In this document: positions 8,250 through 17,203 of the stretch, one piece after another | Layout of the letters: each line of letters starts with the position of its first letter | Numbering within the stretch: position 1 is the stretch's first letter | Assembly (NCBI GenBank): GCA_014161675.1 | Contig: GCA_014161675.1_4760.2 | Direction: 5' to 3' (one strand) | DNA length: 53,227 bases | Origin: a phage | Notes under the pieces: generated by a model | Seen by the model: the letters and a program-made list of their open reading frames with translations, nothing else | The model's database searches: none | Told to the model about the DNA's origin: nothing | Made by a program: the position numbers and the translations under genes

Positions 8250-9389
8250 ATGACACAAGATATAGAATTACGCAATACTGGAATTAGGTTTGCGCATTTC
8301 GACGAAGACTCTGCGACATTTACCAGCATTTCAGAAAATAACTCTGTGATGTATAAGCTGGAAGTGCGCGGATCTAATGCGGATTCTACCAAACCAGCAA
8401 GGATTAGATTTAATGGAGTGGAGATCGTTGGCGCTGGCTATGAAAATGGCCTAAATTTGAAAGTTCTTACTCCAACTGGACAACTACACGAAGAAAAGGT
8501 ATTCTATGGTCGCGGTGCTGTTTTGGCAATGCGTGATTATCTTTCTTTGCTGAAAGGTGATTATATCATTGCGATGGCAACTCATGGAGAATTGTTTGCA
8601 GATCCGATAAGTGATGTTGTATTTTCTAAGATGGGATCTGTATCATTCCCGAATCATATTTTGTTACAGCAAATGCCTCGCGTATCCTATGCAGCAATTT
8701 ATTCTACTAAAATGGGTAAAATTGTGTGCGAAGGGATGCAAGCGACCAACGGGGAAGGACAAGATTCATCTATACAAATTGAGAAAGTCTATGATACTAT
8801 AGATGATCTTGCTATAACAGGAACACCACAACGATTTTTAGATTATCCGGTTGAGTATGTTAGCGAAGATGCCGAACATTTCGAGCTAATACAATGGCCT
8901 CATGATGAGACCAGCGCCCCACTTGAGGATTTTAACATAAAGGCAGGTGACAAACTATCAATATCATTTGAATTGTTCCGTGATAGTGCCGCAGCCGCAG
9001 CCAACGTAACAGCGCGTTTCTATCACAACTACTTCACCGATGGACAATATAAAACTGGTGTTCGATACAATGCCAGCAAAAAAGACCAATGGGAAAAGTT
9101 TGAAGCCGTCTATACCGTACCGGAAGGAGTTGATAGTGTAGTAACTGGTTGTATCAGATATCCAACCAACTCCAATGAAGGTATTGTTAAAATTAGAAAC
9201 ATACTAATAACGCCGATCAGTGGAGTCGTCAAAACTACTGGTCCTACTTCATTTGGTGTTAATGGTGTCAGAACAACTCATATTCAGGATAACGGTGATT
9301 TTACTAACCCTGTAATGAGTCTTCTTAAACTTCCTAGAGATAATAAACACATCACATCCAACAACTTTAAAGAGTTCGATGTTGATTAA
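8250..9389 (+). CDS. 35: Long tail fibre hinge connector gp35
   Basis: 379 aa; position after 34 and a C-terminal FGVNGVR motif recalled from T4 gp35. Confidence 0.8.
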   Translation: MTQDIELRNTGIRFAHFDEDSATFTSISENNSVMYKLEVRGSNADSTKPARIRFNGVEIVGAGYENGLNLKVLTPTGQLHEEKVFYGRGAVLAMRDYLSLLKGDYIIAMATHGELFADPISDVVFSKMGSVSFPNHILLQQMPRVSYAAIYSTKMGKIVCEGMQATNGEGQDSSIQIEKVYDTIDDLAITGTPQRFLDYPVEYVSEDAEHFELIQWPHDETSAPLEDFNIKAGDKLSISFELFRDSAAAAANVTARFYHNYFTDGQYKTGVRYNASKKDQWEKFEAVYTVPEGVDSVVTGCIRYPTNSNEGIVKIRNILITPISGVVKTTGPTSFGVNGVRTTHIQDNGDFTNPVMSLLKLPRDNKHITSNNFKEFDVD

Positions 9390-9400
9390 CATTTTTAACA

Positions 9401-9431
9401 AGCCGATCCTCGTGGTCGGCTTTATTTTTAT
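9401..9431 (+). terminator. Rho-independent terminator after gene 35
   Basis: AGCCGA-loop-TCGGCT followed by TTATTTTTAT. Confidence 0.75.
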
Positions 9432-9550
9432 ACAGTTGGTTAAAATGTAACCAAAACGAAGAAAGATCTTTAGAATAATAGAAAATTTGTTTCGGTTAAA
9501 AAATAGTCAGTGCCTACGGCACGTCGCGAAGCGATATTTTGTTAACATTC

Positions 9551-9558
9551 TATAAATA
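9551..9558 (+). promoter_or_regulatory. T4-type late promoter (TATAAATA) for gene 36
   Basis: Exact TATAAATA 35 bp upstream of the gene 36 ATG at 9593. Confidence 0.6.
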
Positions 9559-9592
9559 CTCGGAACTATAACTAATTTTTTGAGGTTACTTT

Positions 9593-11083
9593 ATGGCAGA
9601 TTTGAAATATGGATCTACTGTAGGTGGATCTCCCATTTGGACGCAAGGAAACTTGACGATCCAGCCAGCGGGGGATCAGCTTTTCTACAAAGGTCATAAA
9701 ATCTATACCGCTTTTGATAGACCTTCGGCTACCGATTTTGATGCTGTTAGTGCATCCGAAGGTGGCACATTTCAAAAGCAAGTTCATTTCGAGGAAGGTT
9801 TAAGCGTAGGTAGCGCATCGGCTGGAGAAACCAAAAAGAATGGTATCTTTAAAGGTCAGAGCGACGCTGCTAATTTTGACGGCGTAAGCTGGGGTTTGCA
9901 TTCATGGAAGTCAATCGGCTTTGTTAATGCCCGTGATGGCGTTATCATGGCGTATATTGACACCACAACGGGCGAATTTAAGTCTAAAGGGACTATCGAA
10001 GGGACAACCATTAAAGACACAGGTCAACGCGTCTATAGCCCTGTTAATAAACCAACGAATAATGATTTAGATTTGGTGTCTCGTCGCGGTGATACCCTAA
10101 CAGGAACATATAATTTAAACACTGTCACTGTTAAACTATCGGTTGATTCGAAATTAATTGCAAGGGAACGTGATTTAATTAATTTTGATGCGACTAAGAT
10201 CTATTATGGTAACGTTCTTGATACGTTGGTCTTCCGAAGTAAAGATGAGCCTACCATTTTTGTTAATGGCAGAGAAGGTCGTTTTTATCACACCAACAAT
10301 AAACCAACTAAAGCCGATGTTGGGCTAGGCAATGTCACCAATGATGCACAGGTTAAACGTGCTGGTGATATTATGGAAGGTAACTTGCAAGCGCCTAGAA
10401 TGTTGGCGACAAACGATCCTGCTGGTCCTAATGAATTGGTTCGTTTGAGCTACTTTGAGAGAAAATCAATGGTAGCAAATCCAACCATCATTGGAAACGT
10501 TGATTGGAACACTCTTATTAATCGCGGTATCTATCGTGTGGAAAATGCTGGGTCGGGTACTAATAAACCGTCCGATAGCTATTATAACGGCGTTTTGATG
10601 GTATATCGCCCAGAAGATGCGGTCGGTACTCGTCGAATTGTTCAGGTGTATTATCCTGAATCTATTGACCATCCGATGTGCTGGCGTTCGTGTTCTAATG
10701 AATCATGGACTGCATGGAACTATGTAGATCACCGTAAATTAGCAGATATTCGCTATGTTAACGTAACTGGCGATACCATGACAGGACCGTTAACTGTTCC
10801 GGCTGCAAACGGTGTTAGAACGGCTAGAGGTGCATATAATGGTGATAACTACTATGCCGGGTTAAATAGTGCTGATGGTACTGCTATGATTCACCGTATC
10901 AGCGATATTAAAGCCACCGAAAAATTGGGTATTACACATGATTCTAAAGCTGTTTTCATTAAATCGCGTGGAAATACTCAAGACACAGACCGCTATGAAC
11001 TTTACCACGAAGGCCATAAACCGACACCCGCAGAGGTCGGCGCGGTTCCACTTAATGCGGTGATTGATTTTGGTACTTTCTAA
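9593..11083 (+). CDS. 36: Long tail fibre distal subunit gp36 (enlarged)
   Basis: 496 aa; N-terminus MADLKYGSTVGGSPIWTQGNL resembles recalled T4 gp36 (MADLKVGSTTGGSVIWHQGN). Contains KPT..(D/E).G motifs. More than twice the T4 length. Confidence 0.8.
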   Translation: MADLKYGSTVGGSPIWTQGNLTIQPAGDQLFYKGHKIYTAFDRPSATDFDAVSASEGGTFQKQVHFEEGLSVGSASAGETKKNGIFKGQSDAANFDGVSWGLHSWKSIGFVNARDGVIMAYIDTTTGEFKSKGTIEGTTIKDTGQRVYSPVNKPTNNDLDLVSRRGDTLTGTYNLNTVTVKLSVDSKLIARERDLINFDATKIYYGNVLDTLVFRSKDEPTIFVNGREGRFYHTNNKPTKADVGLGNVTNDAQVKRAGDIMEGNLQAPRMLATNDPAGPNELVRLSYFERKSMVANPTIIGNVDWNTLINRGIYRVENAGSGTNKPSDSYYNGVLMVYRPEDAVGTRRIVQVYYPESIDHPMCWRSCSNESWTAWNYVDHRKLADIRYVNVTGDTMTGPLTVPAANGVRTARGAYNGDNYYAGLNSADGTAMIHRISDIKATEKLGITHDSKAVFIKSRGNTQDTDRYELYHEGHKPTPAEVGAVPLNAVIDFGTF

Positions 11084-11088
11084 TTTTA

Positions 11089-11113
11089 GCGGGGAGATAA
11101 TCCCCGCTTTTCT
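11089..11113 (+). terminator. Rho-independent terminator after gene 36
   Basis: GCGGGGA-GATAA-TCCCCGC followed by TTTTCT. Confidence 0.8.
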
Positions 11114-11153
11114 AAATAATATTATTCTAATAACCGTTTAAGGATTTTATACA

Positions 11154-13937
11154 ATGGCAGATTTAAGCAGAATCCAATTTAAACGCACTAGCACTAAAGG
11201 TCGTAAACCTGATGCTAGTGCGATGAATCCTGGGGAATTGGCAATCAACCTTGCGGATCAATATCTTCTTACTAAAAATGATTCCGGTACTATTATCAAT
11301 TTAAGTTGTCCTCCGGTTTATGACCGCGATGTTACAATGGCGGGTAAGGTTAAAGGTAATAATTATATCTTAAGTAAAACCGCTAACTATCTGGAAGATC
11401 AGACAGCGAGAGATCTTAACTACTTTGGCGCTTTCCGTACCAATGGTCTTGATGGTCTTCTCGAACTCACGCTAAACGTTCCTCACTCTTCCGGTGTCCA
11501 ACATGGTCGAGGATTTACTTTCCAGTATGGACATACTGGATCACGAGTAGAAACCTATGGATATAATAGAGAAGGTCAAAAAGCATTTAGCTATAAAATG
11601 TATCACGAAGGTGATAAACCAACTCCAGGAGAATTGAACGTCTATAGCAAACAAGAAATTGACCGTATGTTTGTTAAGAACGTTAAAATGGTTGTTCCTT
11701 CTGGTGGTGCAACCCGTGGTTATTTTAAAATTGCATCCGCAATAATCCCGCAGAGTGGTCGGATGGCGTTTCTGCGAATCTATGGTGGTAATGGATATAA
11801 TGTAAACTCATATGATCAAGTTGATTTTCTTGAAATTGTTATTCGTAGTGGTAATAATAACCCTAAAGGCGTTAGTATTGCTGCATATCGTCGAAATTCT
11901 TTGAACGTCCACGAAGTATTTGCAATTAATACTTCCGGGGATAACTATGACATTTATGTTAACTATGGTCGTTACACCGATAACGTTATTGTAGAGTTTG
12001 GAAAAACTGTTGATGTTGCATTGACTGTTCACGATGTTCCTGAATTTTCGGCGACTAAACCAGCAACCGGAACTAAATTTGATGCTCGTGTTATTACGAT
12101 GTTCAACACCGAAAACAAAGCCGGAACGTTGATGTTTGATAATAACAATCAGTTAACCTATGATATTGTTAGCCTTAGCAATGGTCCTGATGATGTTAGA
12201 AATTATCTGCGTAAATTCCGAAGTAAAGCGGGTGAAATGATTTGGCATGAAACAGTTCAGGGTGCTGTATATCGTCTTGCTACTGGAACTACTGATTCTA
12301 CGGAAGTTCTTAGAGTTGATTCTAATAGTGCTATACCCGGTAGTTATAAAGGATATGTAATTACTGGTAAAATGGAATTGCATGGTAGTGGTAATTCGAT
12401 GATTTTACATCGCCAGACTGCTCAAGCCGCGTACATGTCGTGGTGGGATCGTCGTGATGGCAAAAACCAACGTAGCGGTTATATCGGTCATGCAGATGGG
12501 ACTAGTGATGCTATTGTGTGGAATAATGATATTGGACAAAACAGTGTTGTTCTAGAAACATCTGGTCAAATATCTTTCAGAACAGGTGAAACCAAAATTG
12601 TATATACCAACGGACAATATTATTCCGCTAACTCTGATGCATACCGTATGATCTTTGGTAATTACGGTGCATTCTGGCGTAATGACGGCACTAAAGTTTA
12701 TCTTCTGTCTACTGCTGAAAACGATAAATTTGGTGGTTGGAATGGTTATCGTCCATTCATTTATGATTTAACTTCCGGTAACGTTCAATTAGGCGGTGAT
12801 GGTAACGAAGAAGCATTAACGTTAGAACGTGCTTCTCGTGCCGCTCGCTTTAGTAATGACGTTTACATTAAGAAAGGGCATTTGACTTTCGACGCTGGGC
12901 GATTAAATTCCCGCGATTACTTCCGGTTTAACCATTGGGGCGATAGCAATAACGGTCGTGATAACATTCTATATCTAGAAGACAGTAAAGGTCGACATTT
13001 TAGCACCGAGCGTAATATGGCAACGGGTGCATTAAAAGCCGACTTCTTAGGCGATCTTGAAGTTGGTGGTAAGTTGATATGGGGTAAGAATACCGGACAA
13101 TCTAGCTTCAATATTCGTGCATGGGGTAATGATTCTCGTAAGCAAGTATTAGAATGCGCGGATGAAAGTGGTTGGCATTGGTATACCGAACGTACTGCGG
13201 GTGGCACTGGTCCGATTAAGTTCTCTGTTGCAGGTTCTTTCCATAGCGCAAGTGATGTTAACGTAGGCGGTAGTCTGAATTTTGGTAATGCTATTCAACG
13301 CGGCGCTAGCGTCATTACTATAGCTTCTAGTTCTGCTGGTGCTGGTTCTTTTGCATCTCAACATGATGATAACGTCAAAGCACCTATTTTCCAACGTTTA
13401 GACCGTGGTGATGCGTCTACATATGTTCCTTTGATTAAGCAACGTTATGTTCAAGGTGCAGTAACATTCTCGTTGGGTATGCTTCTTAACGAAGGTTCAT
13501 GGCGAGTTCATGTTAAAGGTTCTGGTGTTGAATCTAATACTACCTTCTATAAAAACGGCGATTTCCAAGCTGGACGCAATGGTAACTTTAACGACGTTTA
13601 CATTCGCTCTGATGCTCGCCTTAAAATCAATAAGGAAGAGTATAAAGAGAATGCCACTGATAAAGTTAATCGCTTGACTGTATACACCTACGATAAGGTT
13701 AAATCTTTAACTGACCGTACTGTCATTGCTCATGAAGTTGGTATTATTGCTCAGGATCTTGAGAAAGAATTGCCGGAAGCAGTAACAACTTCTAACATCG
13801 GCGATCCTGATAAGCCAGAAGAGATCTTAACAATTTCTAACTCTGCTGTCAACGCTCTTTTAATTAAGGCGTTTCAGGAAATGAGCGAAGAACTTAAAGC
13901 CGTTAAAGCTGAACTAGCGGAACTTAAAAAGAATTAA
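11154..13937 (+). CDS. 37: Long tail fibre distal subunit gp37 with C-terminal intramolecular chaperone (peptidase S74-type) domain
   Basis: 927 aa; recalled T4 gp37 similarity (IQFKR...KGRKP, AGAGSFASQ, DVKAPIFQRLDRGDASTYVPLIKQRYVQG). C-terminus carries YIRS-DARLK and HEVGIIAQDLEKELPEAV, the signature of autoproteolytic fibre chaperone domains. Predicted cleavage after Ser819 (codon 13608-13610). Confidence 0.9.
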   Translation: MADLSRIQFKRTSTKGRKPDASAMNPGELAINLADQYLLTKNDSGTIINLSCPPVYDRDVTMAGKVKGNNYILSKTANYLEDQTARDLNYFGAFRTNGLDGLLELTLNVPHSSGVQHGRGFTFQYGHTGSRVETYGYNREGQKAFSYKMYHEGDKPTPGELNVYSKQEIDRMFVKNVKMVVPSGGATRGYFKIASAIIPQSGRMAFLRIYGGNGYNVNSYDQVDFLEIVIRSGNNNPKGVSIAAYRRNSLNVHEVFAINTSGDNYDIYVNYGRYTDNVIVEFGKTVDVALTVHDVPEFSATKPATGTKFDARVITMFNTENKAGTLMFDNNNQLTYDIVSLSNGPDDVRNYLRKFRSKAGEMIWHETVQGAVYRLATGTTDSTEVLRVDSNSAIPGSYKGYVITGKMELHGSGNSMILHRQTAQAAYMSWWDRRDGKNQRSGYIGHADGTSDAIVWNNDIGQNSVVLETSGQISFRTGETKIVYTNGQYYSANSDAYRMIFGNYGAFWRNDGTKVYLLSTAENDKFGGWNGYRPFIYDLTSGNVQLGGDGNEEALTLERASRAARFSNDVYIKKGHLTFDAGRLNSRDYFRFNHWGDSNNGRDNILYLEDSKGRHFSTERNMATGALKADFLGDLEVGGKLIWGKNTGQSSFNIRAWGNDSRKQVLECADESGWHWYTERTAGGTGPIKFSVAGSFHSASDVNVGGSLNFGNAIQRGASVITIASSSAGAGSFASQHDDNVKAPIFQRLDRGDASTYVPLIKQRYVQGAVTFSLGMLLNEGSWRVHVKGSGVESNTTFYKNGDFQAGRNGNFNDVYIRSDARLKINKEEYKENATDKVNRLTVYTYDKVKSLTDRTVIAHEVGIIAQDLEKELPEAVTTSNIGDPDKPEEILTISNSAVNALLIKAFQEMSEELKAVKAELAELKKN

Positions 13938-13978
13938 GGAAACTCCCAGGGAAGGGAACTACTAAGGAGAAAACGGCT

Positions 13979-14218
13979 ATGGTCTATAATATCGTCATTG
14001 GTGCTTTGTCTAATTTCGGAATGAAATTATTGTCAAAGTTAATTAGTGAAAAGATGCTCACTAAAATTTTCTTCTATTGCGCTCGTCGTCTTGCGGCTTA
14101 TACCAATACGCCAATTGATGATCGTTTTGTGGAAGAACTTTATAAGGAGTTTAATAAAGATCAGTCAGAAGATAGTAACGAGCAAGATAAACCTAGTGAT
14201 AGTCAACTACCTAAATAA
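13979..14218 (+). CDS. Hypothetical protein (79 aa) between gene 37 and holin t
   Basis: ORF with AAGGAGA upstream; occupies the slot where gene 38 sits in T4 but shows no recognisable gp38 similarity. Confidence 0.45.
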   Translation: MVYNIVIGALSNFGMKLLSKLISEKMLTKIFFYCARRLAAYTNTPIDDRFVEELYKEFNKDQSEDSNEQDKPSDSQLPK

Positions 14219-14251
14219 GAGTACACTGTCATAGTTATCTTAGGGCATTAT

Positions 14252-14908
14252 ATGCAAGTTTCTGAAAAAGAGAAAGACTTTGCTATCTCAAATGTCCTGC
14301 GCGCTATTTTCACAACTAAAAGCACGGAGTTGCTCGTACTTCGTGTTTTTGCTGCCGTCGTGTTGTCCATATTAGCATTTGTCGTTTATAGTAAAAACGA
14401 GTTATTTGCGCTTTATAAAGAGACTCGTTATGAGACTTATGCTCACATTCTCCAGGTAGAGAAAGACCGCAATTTTGATAATGCAGCACAGGAGCAGTTA
14501 CAGATAGTTCATGTGTCGGCTGATGCCGATTTTTCTGCTGTTTTTAGTTTTCGTCCGAAAAACCTAAACTATTTTGTTGATTTGGTGGCATATGAAGGAA
14601 AGCTACCGCATACAATCGATGAAAAAAATTTAGGCGGATTCCCTATCAATAAAACGAGTGAAGAATATCGTAGGCATCTTTTAGGTAAATCATATTTTAC
14701 CGATAAAGATTTCCAGTATATTCCATCAAGAGAAAAGAAATTAGAGAATATCGATATAGGTTTCATGTATTCTTGTCCTATATTCAATCTCGATAATGTC
14801 TATTCTGGTAGTATCGCCATTTCATGGAAGAATAAACCGGATATTGACATTGAGAATTTAGATACTCTTTGCAATCAATCTGCCAGAATCCTCGGAAGGA
14901 TTAGATAA
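14252..14908 (+). CDS. t: Holin T
   Basis: 218 aa; recalled T4 holin similarity (YETY, LQIVHVSADADFSAVFSFRPKNLNYFVDLVAYEGKLP, MYSCPIFNLDNVYSG, ARILGR). Confidence 0.9.
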   Translation: MQVSEKEKDFAISNVLRAIFTTKSTELLVLRVFAAVVLSILAFVVYSKNELFALYKETRYETYAHILQVEKDRNFDNAAQEQLQIVHVSADADFSAVFSFRPKNLNYFVDLVAYEGKLPHTIDEKNLGGFPINKTSEEYRRHLLGKSYFTDKDFQYIPSREKKLENIDIGFMYSCPIFNLDNVYSGSIAISWKNKPDIDIENLDTLCNQSARILGRIR

Positions 14909-14914
14909 CTTAAA

Positions 14915-14946
14915 GGGGAAGCCTTTCGGCCTCCCCTTCTTTTTAT
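14915..14946. terminator. Terminator hairpin between convergent genes (t and the 82-aa ORF)
   Basis: Imperfect GC-rich stem GGGGAAGCC-TTTC-GGCCTCCCC followed by TTCTTTTTATT on the plus strand; the minus-strand U-tract is weaker. Confidence 0.6.
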
Positions 14947-15191
14947 TGGCGCATAGAAGCCCCTGAATCACATTTTGACGCTGTATGATGAAAACATGTA
15001 GCGTACCAGTCATCGGCTTGCTTGTCTTCGTCAGAAAACGCGTAATTTCGTTGTACGCCGTTTTCTACTTTGACCAGTGCAATAGCTGTTTCTGGAAGAT
15101 CAATCAATCGGACAAAATCACCATCTTCCCACTCTACACGAGCAATATCATAGCCCATCTCAAAGTATACAATCGCTTGTTCTAATTTCAT
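14943..15191 (-). CDS. Hypothetical protein (82 aa)
   Basis: ORF convergent with t. N-terminus MKLEQAIVYFEMGYDIARVEW loosely resembles a small phage DUF family; not verified. Confidence 0.45.
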   Translation of the reverse strand: MKLEQAIVYFEMGYDIARVEWEDGDFVRLIDLPETAIALVKVENGVQRNYAFSDEDKQADDWYATCFHHTASKCDSGASMRQ

Positions 15192-15511
15192 TCTGGAAAC
15201 TTCCCGTAAACATTCTCTGCCAGCTTACGTGCATCTTTTACAATATCTTTCATGTAATGACTATAATTTTTAGCTAGATCAATGATGCAATCAACAAAGA
15301 AGTAATAGCGTCGCAGTGCTACCAGCTCAACATCTTCAAGATGACCATTTTCTCCAATCGCTGAAATATGTTTAAATTCCTTTCGGATCGCGTCCATCGC
15401 TACATTAACTTCTTTTATAATATCTTTCGTATTATATGCACCTCGACTAATCAAAATTTTGGTTAGGTCTTCTGCTTTTTCGTGAAAGTTGTCAATTTCA
15501 AACTCGATCAT
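15188..15511 (-). CDS. Hypothetical protein, tandem paralog A
   Basis: Start placed at the ATG after GAGAGGTGA (the track start is a GTG 6 nt upstream). The C-terminus ...KDARKLAENVYGKF parallels the neighbouring gene. Confidence 0.5.
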   Translation of the reverse strand: MIEFEIDNFHEKAEDLTKILISRGAYNTKDIIKEVNVAMDAIRKEFKHISAIGENGHLEDVELVALRRYYFFVDCIIDLAKNYSHYMKDIVKDARKLAENVYGKFPE

Positions 15512-15624
15512 AATCACCTCTCATAATTTCACGCTGTTGTGTCAACATTTTTCGTGGTTTGCTAATTCTATACATTGTAATAGCATAACCAGTGCAATTT
15601 TCAATGATTCATCATCTTTCATAA

Positions 15625-15957
15625 TCAAAATTTACCGAAAATATTCTCTGTCATAATTCTTGCTTCGTCGATTATTTTCGTCATGTTCATGGTGTAGTTA
15701 TGATCATTTAGCGCCTTAATGACAACGAGCAAGGAATCTAAAAACACTCGATACCGGGTATATTCTACACTATTTGTGAATACCGATGTTTTCTCTACTT
15801 TATCGATCAGATAGCCTAAAGCCGATAGCGCCTCGTTTACTTCCCTTGTTACTTTATCTGCGCTAAACAACACCGGATAAAGACGCGGTGTGATTAACCG
15901 CGCTGCCTCTTTCAATTCGGTCGCTTTCCATGATTCATATTTGTCATAGTTAAACAT
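15625..15957 (-). CDS. Hypothetical protein, tandem paralog B
   Basis: 110 aa; C-terminal ...IDEARIMTENIFGKF and the preceding Y..(F/Y)..D..(L/I) region align with paralog A. Confidence 0.5.
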   Translation of the reverse strand: MFNYDKYESWKATELKEAARLITPRLYPVLFSADKVTREVNEALSALGYLIDKVEKTSVFTNSVEYTRYRVFLDSLLVVIKALNDHNYTMNMTKIIDEARIMTENIFGKF

Positions 15958-15969
15958 TGTATAATCTCC

Positions 15970-16302
15970 TTACAGATGAAAACCTGTTACGATCACCGCA
16001 TCGATCTTACCGCTAGGAATAAACGGTTCGCCCTCTTTTATTTCAACTTTGAATTGATGCCATTTCGCTAATACTTCTTCCGGTACACCCAGCGATTCGG
16101 CGTCTGCTTTAGTTTCATCCATAATCCAACTAGGCTGCATGAGAGCATAGTTTACATAGTCCATTTCTGGGGTCATGTCATCAATGTTAATATATTTGCA
16201 ATTGACGCGTTTCAGAATTTCAAATTCTTTATTGTCAACCTGTACCATGTATAATTCAGTAGTTTCTGGAATCAGTTCCCACACAATCAGTACATTTTTC
16301 AT
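15970..16302 (-). CDS. Hypothetical protein (110 aa)
   Basis: ORF in the early-gene island; tight spacing with neighbours. Confidence 0.45.
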   Translation of the reverse strand: MKNVLIVWELIPETTELYMVQVDNKEFEILKRVNCKYINIDDMTPEMDYVNYALMQPSWIMDETKADAESLGVPEEVLAKWHQFKVEIKEGEPFIPSGKIDAVIVTGFHL

Positions 16303-16310
16303 AGTTCACC

Positions 16311-16679
16311 TCACTTAACAAAGATTTTCTTTAATGCTTTCAGGATCGTTGCTTCCGGCGCTTCTTCCGGTGGAGGAAGCAATTCTACAACTTCCTCTTC
16401 CAACTCGATATAGTCTACCAGATATTCTACATAGAATGCAAGTGCTTCCATGAAATTAAATGCTACATCCGATTCACCACAAGCGCCTACATGCATTGTA
16501 TAAACATCACTGCGATCAAGTTTGTGGATGCTTCCCAGATAGTTCCGGTTATACCAGACTTCCCACACTTTCAGCTTTCCAGTTTTGGTTGCTGTTTTAT
16601 AATCGGTTTCGTAGTTGTGCAATTGACGTTGCAAATCATTGATAATAACACATTTTTCGTAATTGTTTTGAATTTCCAT
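16311..16679 (-). CDS. Hypothetical protein (122 aa)
   Basis: ORF in the early-gene island. Confidence 0.45.
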   Translation of the reverse strand: MEIQNNYEKCVIINDLQRQLHNYETDYKTATKTGKLKVWEVWYNRNYLGSIHKLDRSDVYTMHVGACGESDVAFNFMEALAFYVEYLVDYIELEEEVVELLPPPEEAPEATILKALKKIFVK

Positions 16680-16689
16680 GATGTAATCC

Positions 16690-16881
16690 TCACTTATCGT
16701 TAAGAAGTTCTAAAACTTTCTGTCGTACTTTGTCAATATTAGTTGATTCAAAAACTGTACGGTATCCCCAGCTTTGACCGTATGATCGCGAGCAATCCCC
16801 ATATCCCCATTGTTCAACCTGATAGTATTCAAGGAATGGGTGCTGCCGAACTATGATACCATCGCGATTAAAAATTACCAT
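16690..16881 (-). CDS. Hypothetical protein (63 aa)
   Basis: ORF in the early-gene island. Confidence 0.4.
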   Translation of the reverse strand: MVIFNRDGIIVRQHPFLEYYQVEQWGYGDCSRSYGQSWGYRTVFESTNIDKVRQKVLELLNDK

Positions 16882-16904
16882 AATATAATCCTCACGTCAA
16901 CAAC

Positions 16905-17192
16905 TTATTTTCGGTTGTGGTCACGATATGTTTTAAAATATCCCTCGTACCACGGTAAAATATCTGGATTTTTACCACTATACAGACCTTTAACCATCAT
17001 GTCAATAAGGCCATCTGGTGTTTGATAGTTTCCAGCTTTTATAAGCTCTCTGATTAAAATCTCTCTGTATATGTCTTTCGGATCTTCGTAATCAACTTGT
17101 ATTGTGGTTGTTGTCTCGCTTAATTTGGTTTCTGGAGTATCTTGCATCGCCTTCCACCAATCTTTTGTAATCTTCATGTTATTGAATTGCAT
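16905..17192 (-). CDS. Hypothetical protein (95 aa)
   Basis: ORF in the early-gene island. Confidence 0.45.
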   Translation of the reverse strand: MQFNNMKITKDWWKAMQDTPETKLSETTTTIQVDYEDPKDIYREILIRELIKAGNYQTPDGLIDMMVKGLYSGKNPDILPWYEGYFKTYRDHNRK

Positions 17193-17203
17193 AATTTAAC
17201 CTC

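Noticed and set aside
11110-11150. Late-promoter-like CTAAATAAT upstream of gene 37
   Set aside because: It does not match the near-invariant TATAAATA; gene 37 may be expressed by read-through from gene 36 or from a variant element I cannot confirm.
15540-15545. TTGACA hexamer in the 15518-15624 intergenic region as a promoter -35
   Set aside because: The nearest -10-like hexamer is only 11-12 bp away and overlaps the ribosome-binding site. The region probably contains a promoter, but I could not place one with acceptable spacing.
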